Positions 18,975-29,152 of a stretch of DNA of 64,000 nucleotides are shown piece after piece. The position numbers were made by a program, and so were the translations under genes. The notes below the pieces were generated by a model. That model did not search any database. It was not told where the DNA came from and saw only the letters and a program-made list of their open reading frames with translations. Where the stretch lies: assembly GCA_965279525.1 (NCBI GenBank), contig CBDIIB010000005.1:864001-928000 (forward strand), written 5' to 3'. Position 1 is the stretch's first letter, and each line of letters begins with the position of its first letter. The stretch is from Tagaea sp. GTDB lineage: Bacteria; Pseudomonadota; Alphaproteobacteria; CACIAM-22H2.

Positions 18975-19300
18975 AACGCGGTGAAATATGGACGGTCGCT
19001 GGTGACGGCGACTACACCGGCAAACCGCGACCTGTCGTCATCATCCAAGACGACAGATATGTTTCGACCGTATCGGTCACGGTCGCGGTATTCACAAGCA
19101 CGGTCGTTGACGCCGAAATGCTGCGTATTCTCATCGTGCCGTCGCCCGGCAACGGCCTGAAGTCTGAAAGCTACCTGATGGTCGACAAAATCACGACCGT
19201 CCGGCGCGCAAAACTTGGCAGACGCGTGGGGCGCCTCGATCCGACCGACATGCAGCGGTTCGAGCGCGCTCTCGTTGTCTTCCTCGGCATCGCGCACTAG
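18971..19300 (+). CDS. PemK/MazF family toxin
   Basis: MKRGEIW, GKPRPVVIIQDD, PGNGL, SYLMVDKITTV. Confidence 0.92.
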   Translation: MKRGEIWTVAGDGDYTGKPRPVVIIQDDRYVSTVSVTVAVFTSTVVDAEMLRILIVPSPGNGLKSESYLMVDKITTVRRAKLGRRVGRLDPTDMQRFERALVVFLGIAH

Positions 19301-19382
19301 ATGCGAGATTTCAAGAGGTTGTCCATCACAAGAAGGCCCGCCTGACACCGCATAGTCGAGCCGAACTGGCGCGGCGGCGCTA

Positions 19383-20633
19383 TCAGGCCATCGTTCCGGC
19401 GATCTGCGTCAGACCCATCGCGACGGAGAGCAGGTCCGAACCGCCCGCCAGGCGGGCGGACGGTGCGGCCTGAGCTATCGCCGCGCGGACGGACGGCACC
19501 CGGCTCGACCCACCGGTCAGGAAGACCGTGTCGATGGCGGACGGCGCAAGGCCTGCGGCGGCAATGCAATCAAGTGCAGTCGTGCGCAACCGGTCGATGC
19601 GGGACTCGATCGCGCGGTTGAACGCGGTACGTATCGCTGCGGCTTCGAGATCCGCTTCGAGGAAATCCAGCGGGATGGCTGCGCGGTCGTCGGCGCTCAG
19701 CGCGAGCTTGGCGTCCTCCACGGCGAACGCCAGACGGTGGCCAAGCCGCTGGCGCAGCACCTTGAGCAGGCGCTCCACCTTCTCCGGCTCGCAGGCGAGC
19801 GTGACCAGTTCGACGACCTCGCGCTCGTTCCTGTAGCCATAGGCGAAATTGATCGTCGGCCATGCGGCAAGCTCGTGATAGAGCGCGCTCGGCATCGGCA
19901 GGTCCTTCTCGACGAGCTGCGTGCCGAGCCCGAGGAGCGGCATCACCGCGGCGAGGCTCAGTGCGGCATCGAAATCGGTTCCGCCGACGCGAAGACCTGC
20001 ATTCGCGAGCACGTCGCGGCTGCGGTCTGCGCGTTCGCGGTGCTGCGGGCCGACACGGATGACGGAGAAGTCGCTCGTCCCGCCGCCGATGTCGGCGATC
20101 AGCGCCAGTTCCTCGCGCCGGACCGTCAGCTCGTAGTTCCGCGCGGCCGCGATCGGCTCGTACACGAACGCGACATCGCGGAAGCCCGCACGCCGCGCGA
20201 TGGCCTCCAGGACGCCCTGTGCGCGCGCGTCGGCCGCATCGTCGCCGTCGACGAAGCGCACCGGCCTGCCATGCACGACGGATGCGATCTCGTGGCCCGC
20301 GAACGCCTCGGCCTTCTTCTTCAGGTGCCGCACGAAGATCTCGACGATCCGCGTCAGCGGCACCTTGCGGCCGGCAAGGATCGTCTCCTCGTCGATCAGC
20401 GATGAACTCAGGATCGACTTCAGCGCCCGCATGAGCCGTCCGTCGGTCTGCGCGACATAGGCCGCGATGGCCTCGTTGCCGAACAGCGCGCGGCCCTTCT
20501 CCTCGTAGTCGACGAACACGGCGCTCGGAATCAGCGTGGCGCCCGCCTCGACGGGTACGAGGGCCGCGGCTCCGTCGCGGAACACGCCGATCGCCGAGTT
20601 CGACGTCCCGAAATCCAGACCGCAAGCGATCAT
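19383..20633 (-). CDS. Hsp70-family protein (YegD-like)
   Basis: GLDFGTSNS, GRLMRALKS, GRPVRF, YEPIAAA, DIGGGTSDF, LTGGSS. Confidence 0.9.
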   Translation of the reverse strand: MIACGLDFGTSNSAIGVFRDGAAALVPVEAGATLIPSAVFVDYEEKGRALFGNEAIAAYVAQTDGRLMRALKSILSSSLIDEETILAGRKVPLTRIVEIFVRHLKKKAEAFAGHEIASVVHGRPVRFVDGDDAADARAQGVLEAIARRAGFRDVAFVYEPIAAARNYELTVRREELALIADIGGGTSDFSVIRVGPQHRERADRSRDVLANAGLRVGGTDFDAALSLAAVMPLLGLGTQLVEKDLPMPSALYHELAAWPTINFAYGYRNEREVVELVTLACEPEKVERLLKVLRQRLGHRLAFAVEDAKLALSADDRAAIPLDFLEADLEAAAIRTAFNRAIESRIDRLRTTALDCIAAAGLAPSAIDTVFLTGGSSRVPSVRAAIAQAAPSARLAGGSDLLSVAMGLTQIAGTMA

Positions 20634-20641
20634 GTCCGTCC

Positions 20642-21586
20642 TCAGGCCGGCGCCAGGACCGCGGCGAACTGGTCGCCCCTGCCCTCGGCATTCAGCGTGC
20701 GGGCCTGCGTTTCCCAGCCATCGAGCTCGGCAGGCGCGAACATCGGCTTCTTCTTCGAATGCGCGTCCGGCGAATTCATCGGCACGTCGCGCCGGTACAT
20801 CTCCGATCCCCAGAACTGGAAGCCGTCGGAATCGTCCGCGATCCGCGCGATGCGAAGGCCGTGCGCCTCGGCCAGCCGGCGGAAGCTGTCGCGGCTGAAC
20901 AGGAACAGGTGACGGGGCGCGTCGAGCTGCACCCAGTCGATGCCGTAGGTCTCCCACGCCAGCGACGAACAGGTCGGCACGCGGATCAGCACATGGCCGT
21001 CTTTGGCGACGAGGCGGCGCGCCCCTTCCATCGCCGCGTGCGGATCGGGCAGATGCTCGAAACTGTGGTGGAACATGACGAGGCGATAGCTGCCGGAAAC
21101 GGAATCGAGCGTGGCCTTGCGCGCGATGATCCTGCCGTCGAGCGAAACATCGGCGTCGAGATGCGGGTCGATGCCTTCGGCGCGCGCGAAGCCGAACTGC
21201 CGCAGGCGTGCGACGCGCGCCCCTTTGCCGCAGCCGACATCGAGGATCGAATCGTCCTTCGCGATGCCGAGCTCGCCCAGCAGGCGCATCTCGGGATTGG
21301 GCTTCAGCGCGTGGCAGGCCCAGCCAAGCAGCCCGCCGTCGCGCGAATAGGCCCAGCCGGCGGCGAGCCGCCGTTTCCAGCTCGGCTTCTTCGGCAGGCC
21401 GCCATCGAGGCTGTAGTAGCCGGCGGGATAGTGCCGCGCCAGATCGGCCGGGATGTCGGCGATCTGCAGGCAGCCGCACGTGCCGCATTCGAAATAGCCG
21501 AAGTGCTCGCGCGAGCCGTACATCATCTCGCGCGCGGCATGGTGTGCCTTGGGCGCACCCCCGCAGATCCGGCAGATATCCGTCAT
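20642..21586 (-). CDS. Class I SAM-dependent methyltransferase with N-terminal CxxC..CxxC
   Basis: CRICG..CGTCG, ILDVGCGKG, HSFEHL, QLDAPRHL. Confidence 0.88.
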   Translation of the reverse strand: MTDICRICGGAPKAHHAAREMMYGSREHFGYFECGTCGCLQIADIPADLARHYPAGYYSLDGGLPKKPSWKRRLAAGWAYSRDGGLLGWACHALKPNPEMRLLGELGIAKDDSILDVGCGKGARVARLRQFGFARAEGIDPHLDADVSLDGRIIARKATLDSVSGSYRLVMFHHSFEHLPDPHAAMEGARRLVAKDGHVLIRVPTCSSLAWETYGIDWVQLDAPRHLFLFSRDSFRRLAEAHGLRIARIADDSDGFQFWGSEMYRRDVPMNSPDAHSKKKPMFAPAELDGWETQARTLNAEGRGDQFAAVLAPA

Positions 21587-21595
21587 CGGGGCTTT

Positions 21596-22861
21596 CTAGC
21601 GGAGATCCGCCACCTTGCGCCACAGCACGATCAGGCCGACGAGGAAAAAGGGCAGGATCGTCGCCATGCCCGCACGCTGGCTGTCGAACGCGAGCGTGAC
21701 CGTGCCCAGGATCGCCGGCCCCATGAAGGCGGTGATGCGGCCCGAGAGTGCAAACAGGCCGAAGACCTGCGTGCGGTGCTCGGGCGGCGCCATGCGCGCG
21801 GCGAGCGAGCGGCTTGCCGCCTGCACCGGCCCGAAGAACGGGCCGATCAGTACGCCAAGGATCCAGAAGGCGGTCTTCGATTCGACCACGAGAAGGGCGG
21901 CCCCGATCGCGGTCAGGCAGACAAGTCCGATGGCGATCGTGCGGCGCGAGCCGATTCGGTCGTCGATCCACGCGAAGGCGAAGGCGCCAAGGCCGGCCGA
22001 CAGGTTCAGCGCGATGCCGAACACGATGACCTCCTCGAGCGCCATGCCGAAGCTGCCGGCGGCATAGATGGCGCCGAAGGCGAACAGCGTGGTGAGGCCG
22101 TCGGTATAGATCATGTTGGCGGCAAGGAACCACGCGATGTCGCGGCGCGCGCGCAGGAAGGCGAGCGTGCCGCGGATCTCGGCCAGCCCCTTGCGCAACG
22201 CCCCGGCCCAGCGTTCGCGCGGGCCGGTCTCGCGCAGCACCAGGAAAACCGGCAGCGAGAAGACCGCCCACCACAATGCCGTGAAAGGTCCCACGATCCG
22301 CACGTGCTCGGACGCGGACCGGTCGAGGCCGAGCGGCGGCGACGGGTTCTGCACGAAACCCACGAGGAGCACGCCAAGGCACACGATGCCGCCGACATAG
22401 CCCAGCCCCCAGCCCCAGCCCGACACGCGCCCCAGCCGCTCGGGCGAGGCGACCTTGGGCAGCAGCGAATTGTAGAAGACCGTCGCGATCTCGAACGCCA
22501 CCGTCGCGACGCCGAACGCGACGAGAGCGAAGAGTACATCCGCCGGATCCGGGCGCACGAACCACAAGGCGACGCACGCGGCGATCGCGATGGCGGTGAA
22601 GAAGGCGAGATACGGTTTCTGCCGTCCGCCATGGTCGGCGATGGCGCCGACGACCGGGGCGAGGATGGCGATGCACAGGCCGGCGATGGCCGTCGCATGG
22701 CCCCACATCGCGGTCCCGGTCACCGGATCGGGAGCAACACCTTGCGTGAAATAGGTGGCGAACACGAATGTCGTGATGACCGCCGGGAAAGCCGACGACG
22801 ACCAGTCGTAAAGGCACCACGCGGCGACGGCACCCTTGCCGGAATCCGGACCCTGCTTCAC
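21596..22861 (-). CDS. MFS transporter (UMF1/ATG22-like)
   Basis: AWCLYDW, GAIADHGG, FYNSLLP, GWGLGYVGG, QAASRS. Confidence 0.88.
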   Translation of the reverse strand: MKQGPDSGKGAVAAWCLYDWSSSAFPAVITTFVFATYFTQGVAPDPVTGTAMWGHATAIAGLCIAILAPVVGAIADHGGRQKPYLAFFTAIAIAACVALWFVRPDPADVLFALVAFGVATVAFEIATVFYNSLLPKVASPERLGRVSGWGWGLGYVGGIVCLGVLLVGFVQNPSPPLGLDRSASEHVRIVGPFTALWWAVFSLPVFLVLRETGPRERWAGALRKGLAEIRGTLAFLRARRDIAWFLAANMIYTDGLTTLFAFGAIYAAGSFGMALEEVIVFGIALNLSAGLGAFAFAWIDDRIGSRRTIAIGLVCLTAIGAALLVVESKTAFWILGVLIGPFFGPVQAASRSLAARMAPPEHRTQVFGLFALSGRITAFMGPAILGTVTLAFDSQRAGMATILPFFLVGLIVLWRKVADLR

Positions 22862-25800
22862 CCGGCCACCAGCGCGCGCAGTTCGCGCCCGGCGACGGTG
22901 AGGGCCGCGAGATCCGCGGCCCCGCTGGCGCGCAGTTCGACGACCAGCGCTTCATAGCGCGCGAGCGGCACCGCATGGACGGCAAGATACGCGGCCGCCG
23001 GATCGTCGGCGGTTCCGTGTGCGGCAAGCGCGCGCCCGACAAGCTCGGCCTGCTGGGAATAGAGATCGTCGACCGTCGCTGCGACGGCACGGACCTGCCA
23101 GGCATTCTGTGCCGGGATCCTCGCGGCCGTGTCGCGCAGCCAGTCGAAGCCCAGCCTTGCGCCGAACGCGAAATAGCAGCGCGCGACCGTATCGATGGGG
23201 GCCTGCGCGTTCTGGGCGATGCGCACGAGATCGAGGCCGGCGCGCAGGTCGGCAAGCCCGGCAATGCCGGCAGCGAGGTCGGCGGGAACGCCGGCCGCCG
23301 CCAGCTTTTCCTGGCGCGCGGCGAAAGCGGCCTTGCGGCCTTCGTCGAGCGTCTCGGAAATACCGCGCTTCAACCCGTCGATCCCGCCGCCGAACACGGC
23401 GAGAGCCGCGGCCACGTCGATGCGGCCCGGGATGTGCCGCAACAGCCATGTCGTCGCGTGGTCGAGGATCGACATCGTCTCGCGCAGCATCGCGTACTGG
23501 ATTTCGGCCGGCACCTTGTTGTCGAGAGTTTCGATGGTGCCCCACATGTCGCGCAGGCCGAAGACCTGGCGCGCCACGATGTAGGCGCGCGCCACCTCCG
23601 CCGGCCCCGTCCCGCAGCGCTCGCCGACCTCGTGCACGAAGGCGATGCCGGCGCGGTTGACGATCGAGTTGGTCGCCACGGTCGCGATGATCTCGCGCCG
23701 CAGGCGGTGGCGCAGGATCGCGTCCTTGTGGTCGCGGCGAAGTTCGCGCGGGAAATACTTGACCAGGTCGTCGACCAGATAGGCGTCGTCGGGCAGGTCG
23801 CCGGCGAGCAGGTCGTCGTAGAGCGCCATCTTGGCGTAGGCGAGCATGACGGCAAGCTCCGGCCGAGTCAGGCCCTTGCCCGCCCCCACGCGCGCGGAAA
23901 TCTCGTCGTCGTCGGGCAGATATTCGATCGCCCGGTTGAGACGGCCGGTCTTCTCCTGCGCACGCATCAGCCGCGCGATGCGGTCCACGCCCGAAGCACC
24001 GTCGATCTCGGCAAGGCTCAGCGCCTGGGTCTGCAGGTAGTTGTCGCGCAGCACCTGCAGGCCGAGCTCGTCGGTCATGCGCGCCAGCAGCGCATCGCGC
24101 TGCTTCAGCGTCATGTCGCCGCGCTGGATCACGTCGCCGAGCAGCACCTTGATGTTGACCTCGTGGTCGGACGTGTCCACGCCGGCCGAATTGTCGATGG
24201 CGTCGGTATTGATCCGCCCGCCCTTGCCGCCGGCACCGGCCAGCGCGTACTCGATGCGCCCGCGCTGCGTGCAGCCGAGATTGGCGCCCTCGCCGATCAC
24301 GCGCGCGCGGATCTCCGATCCGTTGACACGGATCGAATCGTTGGCGCGGTCGCCGGCATCGGCGTTGGACTCGCCTGCCGCCTTGACGTAGTTGCCGATG
24401 CCGCCGAACCACAGCAGGTCCACCTCGGCCTTCAGCATCGCCTTCATCAGCTCGAACGGCGTGACGCTGTCGGCGGCAATGCCGAACAGCGCCTTGACCT
24501 GCGCCGACAGCTTGATCGACTTGGCCTTGCGGTCGAACACGCCGCCACCTTCGGAGATGAGCTTGGTGTCGTAATCCGCCCACGACGAACGCGGCAGCTT
24601 GAACATCCGCTCGCGCTCGGCGAAGGCCCGGCCGGCATCGGGGCTGGGGTCGAGGAAGATGTGGCGGTGGTCGAAAGCACCCACCAGCTTCGTGTGCGGC
24701 GAGCGCAGCAGGCCGTTGCCGAACACGTCGCCCGACATGTCGCCCACGCCCACGCAGGTGTGCGCGGCTTCCTGCGTGTCGAGGCCCAGCTCGCGGAAGT
24801 GGCGCTTGACCGCTTCCCAGGCCCCGCGCGCGGTGATGCCCATGCCCTTGTGGTCGTAGCCGGCCGAGCCGCCCGAGGCAAACGCGTCGCCCAGCCAGTG
24901 GCCGTATTCGACCGAGATCGCGTTGGCGATGTCGGAGAAGGTCGCAGTACCCTTGTCGGCCGCGACGACGAGATAGGGATCGTCGGCGTCGCGCCGGTGC
25001 ACGTTCTTCGGCGGCACGATGCCGCCGGGCGAGATGTTGTCGGTGATGTCGAGCAGGCCGCGCATCATGATCCGGTAGCAGGCGATCCCTTCGGCCTGGA
25101 ACGCCTCGCGGCCGGCTTCGGGGGCCGGCGGTTTCTTGACGAAGAAGCCGCCCTTCGAGCCGACCGGCACGATGACCGCGTTCTTGACCATCTGCGCCTT
25201 GATGAGGCCGAGGATCTCGGTGCGGAAATCCTCGCGCCGGTCCGACCAGCGGATACCGCCGCGCGCGACCTTGCCGCCGCGCAGGTGGACCGCCTCGACG
25301 CGCGTCGAATAGACCCAGATCTCGACCAGCGGGCGCGGCAGCGGCAGCTCGTCGATCTTCTGGCTGTCGAACTTGATCGACAGATAGTCCTTCGGCCTTC
25401 CGTCGGCGCCGGCCTGGAAATAGTTGGTGCGCAACGCGCACTGCAGAAGGTTGAGGAAGCGGCGCAGGATGCGGTCTTCGTCGAGATTGGCAACGCCATC
25501 CAGCATGTGCGCGATCTCGACGGCGAGCCCGCGCTCCTTCATCTCGCGGTCCTTGTCCGCGGCCGGATCGTGGCAGGCGAGGAAGAAATCGACGAGCCGG
25601 CGCGCGATCTTCGGATGGTGCGCCAGCGTGTCTTCCATGTAGCTCTGGCTGAACGTGATGCCGGCCTGGCGCAGATATGCCGCCAGTGCGCGCAGGACCG
25701 TCACCTCGCGGATCGACATCGCGGCCCCGAGGACGAGCCGGTTGAAGCCGTCGGAGGCCGCCTCGCCCGCCCACACGGCGGCGAACGCACCCTCGAACAG

Positions 25801-27720
25801 CGGCTTCAGGCGCGCGACATCGAGATCGCGCATCTCGCGCGCGACGAGCGATATGTCGTGCATGTAGACGTCGCCGGCGGGTCCTGCGGCGGCCGCATCG
25901 AGCGGCTGGATGCGGAACGGGTCTTCCGTCATCACCTTGAGGCCCATGCTCTCCAGCATCGGCAGCACGTCGGACAGCGGGACCGGCGCGTTGCGGTGGA
26001 AGATGCGCAGGCGAAGCTCGCTCTCGGAAGCCTCGACCGGGCGGTAGAGATTGAGGGCGAGCGACGTCTCGCCGGCCAGCGTCGTCTCGACGAGGGCGAT
26101 ATCGCCGACCGCCTGCTCGGGCGTGAAATGTTCGCGGTAGGCGGCCGGGAACGCGGCCTGGTAGCGGCGCAGGCGGGCAAGGCCCTTCTCCTCGCCTTCC
26201 GCGGCGATCAGAGCGTCCTTGAGCCGGTCGGCGAAGCCGCGCCCGGCCTCGACCAGTTCGGCCTCGACGTCTTCCACGCGCACATCGGGCACGGCACCGG
26301 GCGTCAGCCCGACGATGAAGTGGCAGCGCACGAGCGCGCTGTCGTCGGAGAGCTGCACGTAGAAGGCCGACTTACGGCCCGCATAGGCCTTGGCGAGGAT
26401 CGCGTGGAAGCGGTCGCGCAGTTCGGTGTTGAAGCGGTCGCGCGGCACGTAGACGAGCGCCGAGATGAAGCGGTCGAACGCGTCGCGGCGCAGGAAGAGC
26501 GCGATGCGCTGGCGTTCCTGCAAACGCAGGATGCCCAGCGCGATGTCGTAGAGCTCGTCGACCGAGCTCTGGAACAGTTCCTCGCGCGGATGGGTCTCGA
26601 GGATGTGCTGGAGCGCCTTGGCGTTGTGCCCGTCGGCCGAGAAATTCGCCTTCTTGACGACGGCGACGACCTTGTCGCGCAGCAGCGGGATCTCGCGCGG
26701 GCGCTGCATGTAGGCGGCCGACGTGAACAGGCCGAGGAACACCTTCTCGCCCACGACGATGCCATCGGGGCCGTAGACCTTGATGCCGATCGCGTCGAGA
26801 TAGGCCGAGCGGTGGACGGTCGAGCGGCGATTGGCCTTGGCCACGCGCAGCACGTCGGGGGCGCGCACGAAATGCTGTAGTGCAGGCAACTCGGCGATGC
26901 GGCGCAGCACGTCGAACACGACGAACTCGGAATTGCGCGCGAGCCCGAGCCCGCGCTCGGCGTTGACCACGCTGCGGAAGGTCGTGCCCTCGCCGTGATA
27001 CGCGTACTCGCGATAGCCCAGGAACGTGAAATTGTCGGCAGCGAGCCACGACAGGAAATCGCGCGTCGTGGCGATTTCGGCGGCCGGCCGCGGCGGCGGC
27101 GCGGTGTCGAGCCCGTCGAGCACCTCGCGCACACGCGCCAGCATCTGGCGCCAGTCGGCCACGCACGCACGCACGTCCGCGAGCACGCCTTCCACGCTCG
27201 TGCGGATCGAATCGAGCTGCGCCTGGTCGCCTTGAGCATCGATCTCCAGATGCATGAAGCTTTCGCGGCCCGCTCCGTCGGCAAGCGCCGTCGCCGTCCC
27301 GGTCGCGTCGCGCGCCACGGGAACGACCGGATGGATGACGAGATGCACCGACAGGTCGCGCCGGTTGATCTCGGCCGTGATCGAATCGACCAGGAACGGC
27401 ATGTCGTCATTGACGATCTCGACGACCGTATGGGTCGAGGCCCAGCCATGTTCGGACAGGCGCGGGTTGTAGACCCGGACCTTGGCGGTGCCGGCGGCGC
27501 GCGTGCGCCCGTATGCCCAAAGCGCGATGGCCGCCCCGTAGAGATCGTCGGGCGTGCGCTCCGCAAGATCGTCGACCGCGACGTTCGCATAGAACCTTCG
27601 GATGAAGGCTTCGGCCGTTTCGGCGCTGGCGATGGCGCCGCCGGCCGGCAGGCGCTGGCGGACCATCCCGGCGAGCCGGTCGAGGATCTCGGTCTTTCGA
27701 GCTTCGTCGCGCTTCGACAT
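22858..27720 (-). CDS. gdhB: Large NAD-specific glutamate dehydrogenase
   Basis: ~1620 aa; DMPFLVDS, ARGGIRWSDR, KAQMVKNAVIVPVGSKGGF, AADKGTATFSD, DMSGDVFGNG, DNSAGVDTSDHEVNIK. Confidence 0.96.
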   Translation of the reverse strand: MSKRDEARKTEILDRLAGMVRQRLPAGGAIASAETAEAFIRRFYANVAVDDLAERTPDDLYGAAIALWAYGRTRAAGTAKVRVYNPRLSEHGWASTHTVVEIVNDDMPFLVDSITAEINRRDLSVHLVIHPVVPVARDATGTATALADGAGRESFMHLEIDAQGDQAQLDSIRTSVEGVLADVRACVADWRQMLARVREVLDGLDTAPPPRPAAEIATTRDFLSWLAADNFTFLGYREYAYHGEGTTFRSVVNAERGLGLARNSEFVVFDVLRRIAELPALQHFVRAPDVLRVAKANRRSTVHRSAYLDAIGIKVYGPDGIVVGEKVFLGLFTSAAYMQRPREIPLLRDKVVAVVKKANFSADGHNAKALQHILETHPREELFQSSVDELYDIALGILRLQERQRIALFLRRDAFDRFISALVYVPRDRFNTELRDRFHAILAKAYAGRKSAFYVQLSDDSALVRCHFIVGLTPGAVPDVRVEDVEAELVEAGRGFADRLKDALIAAEGEEKGLARLRRYQAAFPAAYREHFTPEQAVGDIALVETTLAGETSLALNLYRPVEASESELRLRIFHRNAPVPLSDVLPMLESMGLKVMTEDPFRIQPLDAAAAGPAGDVYMHDISLVAREMRDLDVARLKPLFEGAFAAVWAGEAASDGFNRLVLGAAMSIREVTVLRALAAYLRQAGITFSQSYMEDTLAHHPKIARRLVDFFLACHDPAADKDREMKERGLAVEIAHMLDGVANLDEDRILRRFLNLLQCALRTNYFQAGADGRPKDYLSIKFDSQKIDELPLPRPLVEIWVYSTRVEAVHLRGGKVARGGIRWSDRREDFRTEILGLIKAQMVKNAVIVPVGSKGGFFVKKPPAPEAGREAFQAEGIACYRIMMRGLLDITDNISPGGIVPPKNVHRRDADDPYLVVAADKGTATFSDIANAISVEYGHWLGDAFASGGSAGYDHKGMGITARGAWEAVKRHFRELGLDTQEAAHTCVGVGDMSGDVFGNGLLRSPHTKLVGAFDHRHIFLDPSPDAGRAFAERERMFKLPRSSWADYDTKLISEGGGVFDRKAKSIKLSAQVKALFGIAADSVTPFELMKAMLKAEVDLLWFGGIGNYVKAAGESNADAGDRANDSIRVNGSEIRARVIGEGANLGCTQRGRIEYALAGAGGKGGRINTDAIDNSAGVDTSDHEVNIKVLLGDVIQRGDMTLKQRDALLARMTDELGLQVLRDNYLQTQALSLAEIDGASGVDRIARLMRAQEKTGRLNRAIEYLPDDDEISARVGAGKGLTRPELAVMLAYAKMALYDDLLAGDLPDDAYLVDDLVKYFPRELRRDHKDAILRHRLRREIIATVATNSIVNRAGIAFVHEVGERCGTGPAEVARAYIVARQVFGLRDMWGTIETLDNKVPAEIQYAMLRETMSILDHATTWLLRHIPGRIDVAAALAVFGGGIDGLKRGISETLDEGRKAAFAARQEKLAAAGVPADLAAGIAGLADLRAGLDLVRIAQNAQAPIDTVARCYFAFGARLGFDWLRDTAARIPAQNAWQVRAVAATVDDLYSQQAELVGRALAAHGTADDPAAAYLAVHAVPLARYEALVVELRASGAADLAALTVAGRELRALVAG

Positions 27721-27849
27721 GGACGCATCCCCCGTCCGGCTTCGCGCCGGCGGGGCCAGCATAACGCCGGGACTTGGCCTGCCAATACCCCTATTTTACA
27801 GTCATTTAGTGATGATTTGTTGCGTATCGCTGGCGCCTCGGGCATTTTC

Positions 27850-27877
27850 CGGTAACATGCGGTAACACGCGGTAACA
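27850..27877. repeat. Three CGGTAACA direct repeats at 10-bp period in divergent promoter region
   Basis: cggtaacatg-cggtaacacg-cggtaaca. Confidence 0.75.
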
Positions 27878-27952
27878 ATCGGGCCAACCCCGGGGAATAG
27901 CGCGGGTATCTCCGCCGTTCGACTCTACGAACCGGCGGAGGAACTCGAGGAA

Positions 27953-28888
27953 ATGGCCCACCTGACGATGACCACTCCAGCCAACGAGATGCCTCTCTTG
28001 CCCGATTCCGCACCCCTCCGTTTCGAGCCGCCGCCGAATGCCGCTTCGTGGGTACCGGCGCTTGCGTGGATGACCCGCAACTTCCATCCCAAAGGCACCG
28101 ACCGGCTCGTGCGCGCCCTCCATCCGCCGGGCAATTCGCGCCCCGTGCGCACCGTGCTCGACTACGACGAGGGGATGGTCATCAACATCGACACCCACTC
28201 ATTCCTCGAGTGGTACATCTATTTCTACGGCGCCTTCCGCCCGCAGATCTCGAAGCTGCTCAACCGCATGCTGCGCCCGGGACAGGTCGCGTTCGACATC
28301 GGCTCGAACATCGGCATGCACGCGATGATCATGGCCAACCGCGTGGGCCCCACCGGCCGCGTGCACGTGTTCGAGCCCGATCCGCATCCGCTGGGCCGGC
28401 TCAAGGCGAACCTCGCCCTCAACGGTCTCGACAACGTGACGCTCAACCAGGCGGCCGTCGCCGGGCGCACGGAAACGCGCCAGCTCTTCCTGCACGACGA
28501 CACGATCGGCAACTTCGCCAACGCTTCGCTGCAGCAGTCGAATGTCGGCCGCTCGACCCGCTCGATCGACATGAAGGTGTGGAGCCTCGACGACTATGTC
28601 GCGGCCAACCCGATTCCCCGCCTCGACGCGATCAAGCTGCTTGCGCAGGGCGAAGAGTGGAACGCGCTGCAAGGCGGCATGGAAACGATCAAGCGTTTCC
28701 GCCCGAAGATCTTCTTCCTCTGGGAACCGTCTTATTGGGCACGCCAGTCGCTGTGCCTGATGGATGCCGTGCGGCTGTTCCGCGAACTCGGCTACTCGAC
28801 CTATCAGGTCGAGTTCGGCGCGCGCCGGCCGGTGACCGAAGAGATCCCGATGGGCCAGGTGCTGCTGGCCGTGCCGGACAGGCTCTGA
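27953..28888 (+). CDS. FkbM family methyltransferase
   Basis: FDIGSNIG, VHVFEP, LNGLDNV, SLDDYV; atypical IKLLAQGEE in place of the usual KIDVEG. Confidence 0.85.
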   Translation: MAHLTMTTPANEMPLLPDSAPLRFEPPPNAASWVPALAWMTRNFHPKGTDRLVRALHPPGNSRPVRTVLDYDEGMVINIDTHSFLEWYIYFYGAFRPQISKLLNRMLRPGQVAFDIGSNIGMHAMIMANRVGPTGRVHVFEPDPHPLGRLKANLALNGLDNVTLNQAAVAGRTETRQLFLHDDTIGNFANASLQQSNVGRSTRSIDMKVWSLDDYVAANPIPRLDAIKLLAQGEEWNALQGGMETIKRFRPKIFFLWEPSYWARQSLCLMDAVRLFRELGYSTYQVEFGARRPVTEEIPMGQVLLAVPDRL

Positions 28889-28923
28889 TTTTCAATTGAA
28901 GGGTCTCTGCGTTCCGCGGCGAC

Positions 28924-28998
28924 TGGAGCGGGAAAAGGGATTCGAACCCTCGACCCTCACGTTGGCAACGTGATGCTCTACCACTGAGCTATTCCCGC
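28924..28998 (-). tRNA. tRNA-Gly(GCC)
   Basis: Reverse complement GCGGGAATAGCTCAGTGGTAGAGCATCACGTTGCCAACGTGAGGGTCGAGGGTTCGAATCCCTTTTCCCGCTCCA; 75 nt with encoded CCA. Confidence 0.98.
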
Positions 28999-29025
28999 CC
29001 GGTCGCCGTGGCGAAACGCGCCGGG

Positions 29026-29053
29026 ATAATAGGACGCGGCGCCCCGATTGCAA
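29026..29053 (-). promoter_or_regulatory. Putative sigma70 promoter of the tRNA gene
   Basis: TTGCAA-N16-TATTAT followed by a GC-rich discriminator. Confidence 0.55.
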
Positions 29054-29152
29054 GACCTAAAACGGGGGGTCTGGGGGGTTGTCTTGGCCCCTGAAAACCG
29101 CCATTTTCCCCGCGGGTTCCCTGCGACAGACATTCGGGATACGGGACGGATC

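Noticed and set aside
22952-26880. Very long alternative-frame and antisense ORFs (940 and 1301 aa) over gdhB; similar ones over ftsK, the ABC gene and asnB
   Set aside because: Arg/Ala/Pro-rich or mirror-codon products expected in high-GC DNA; no motifs
28889-28998. tRNA-Gly as an integration site
   Set aside because: No duplicated tRNA 3' end and no integrase seen in the window
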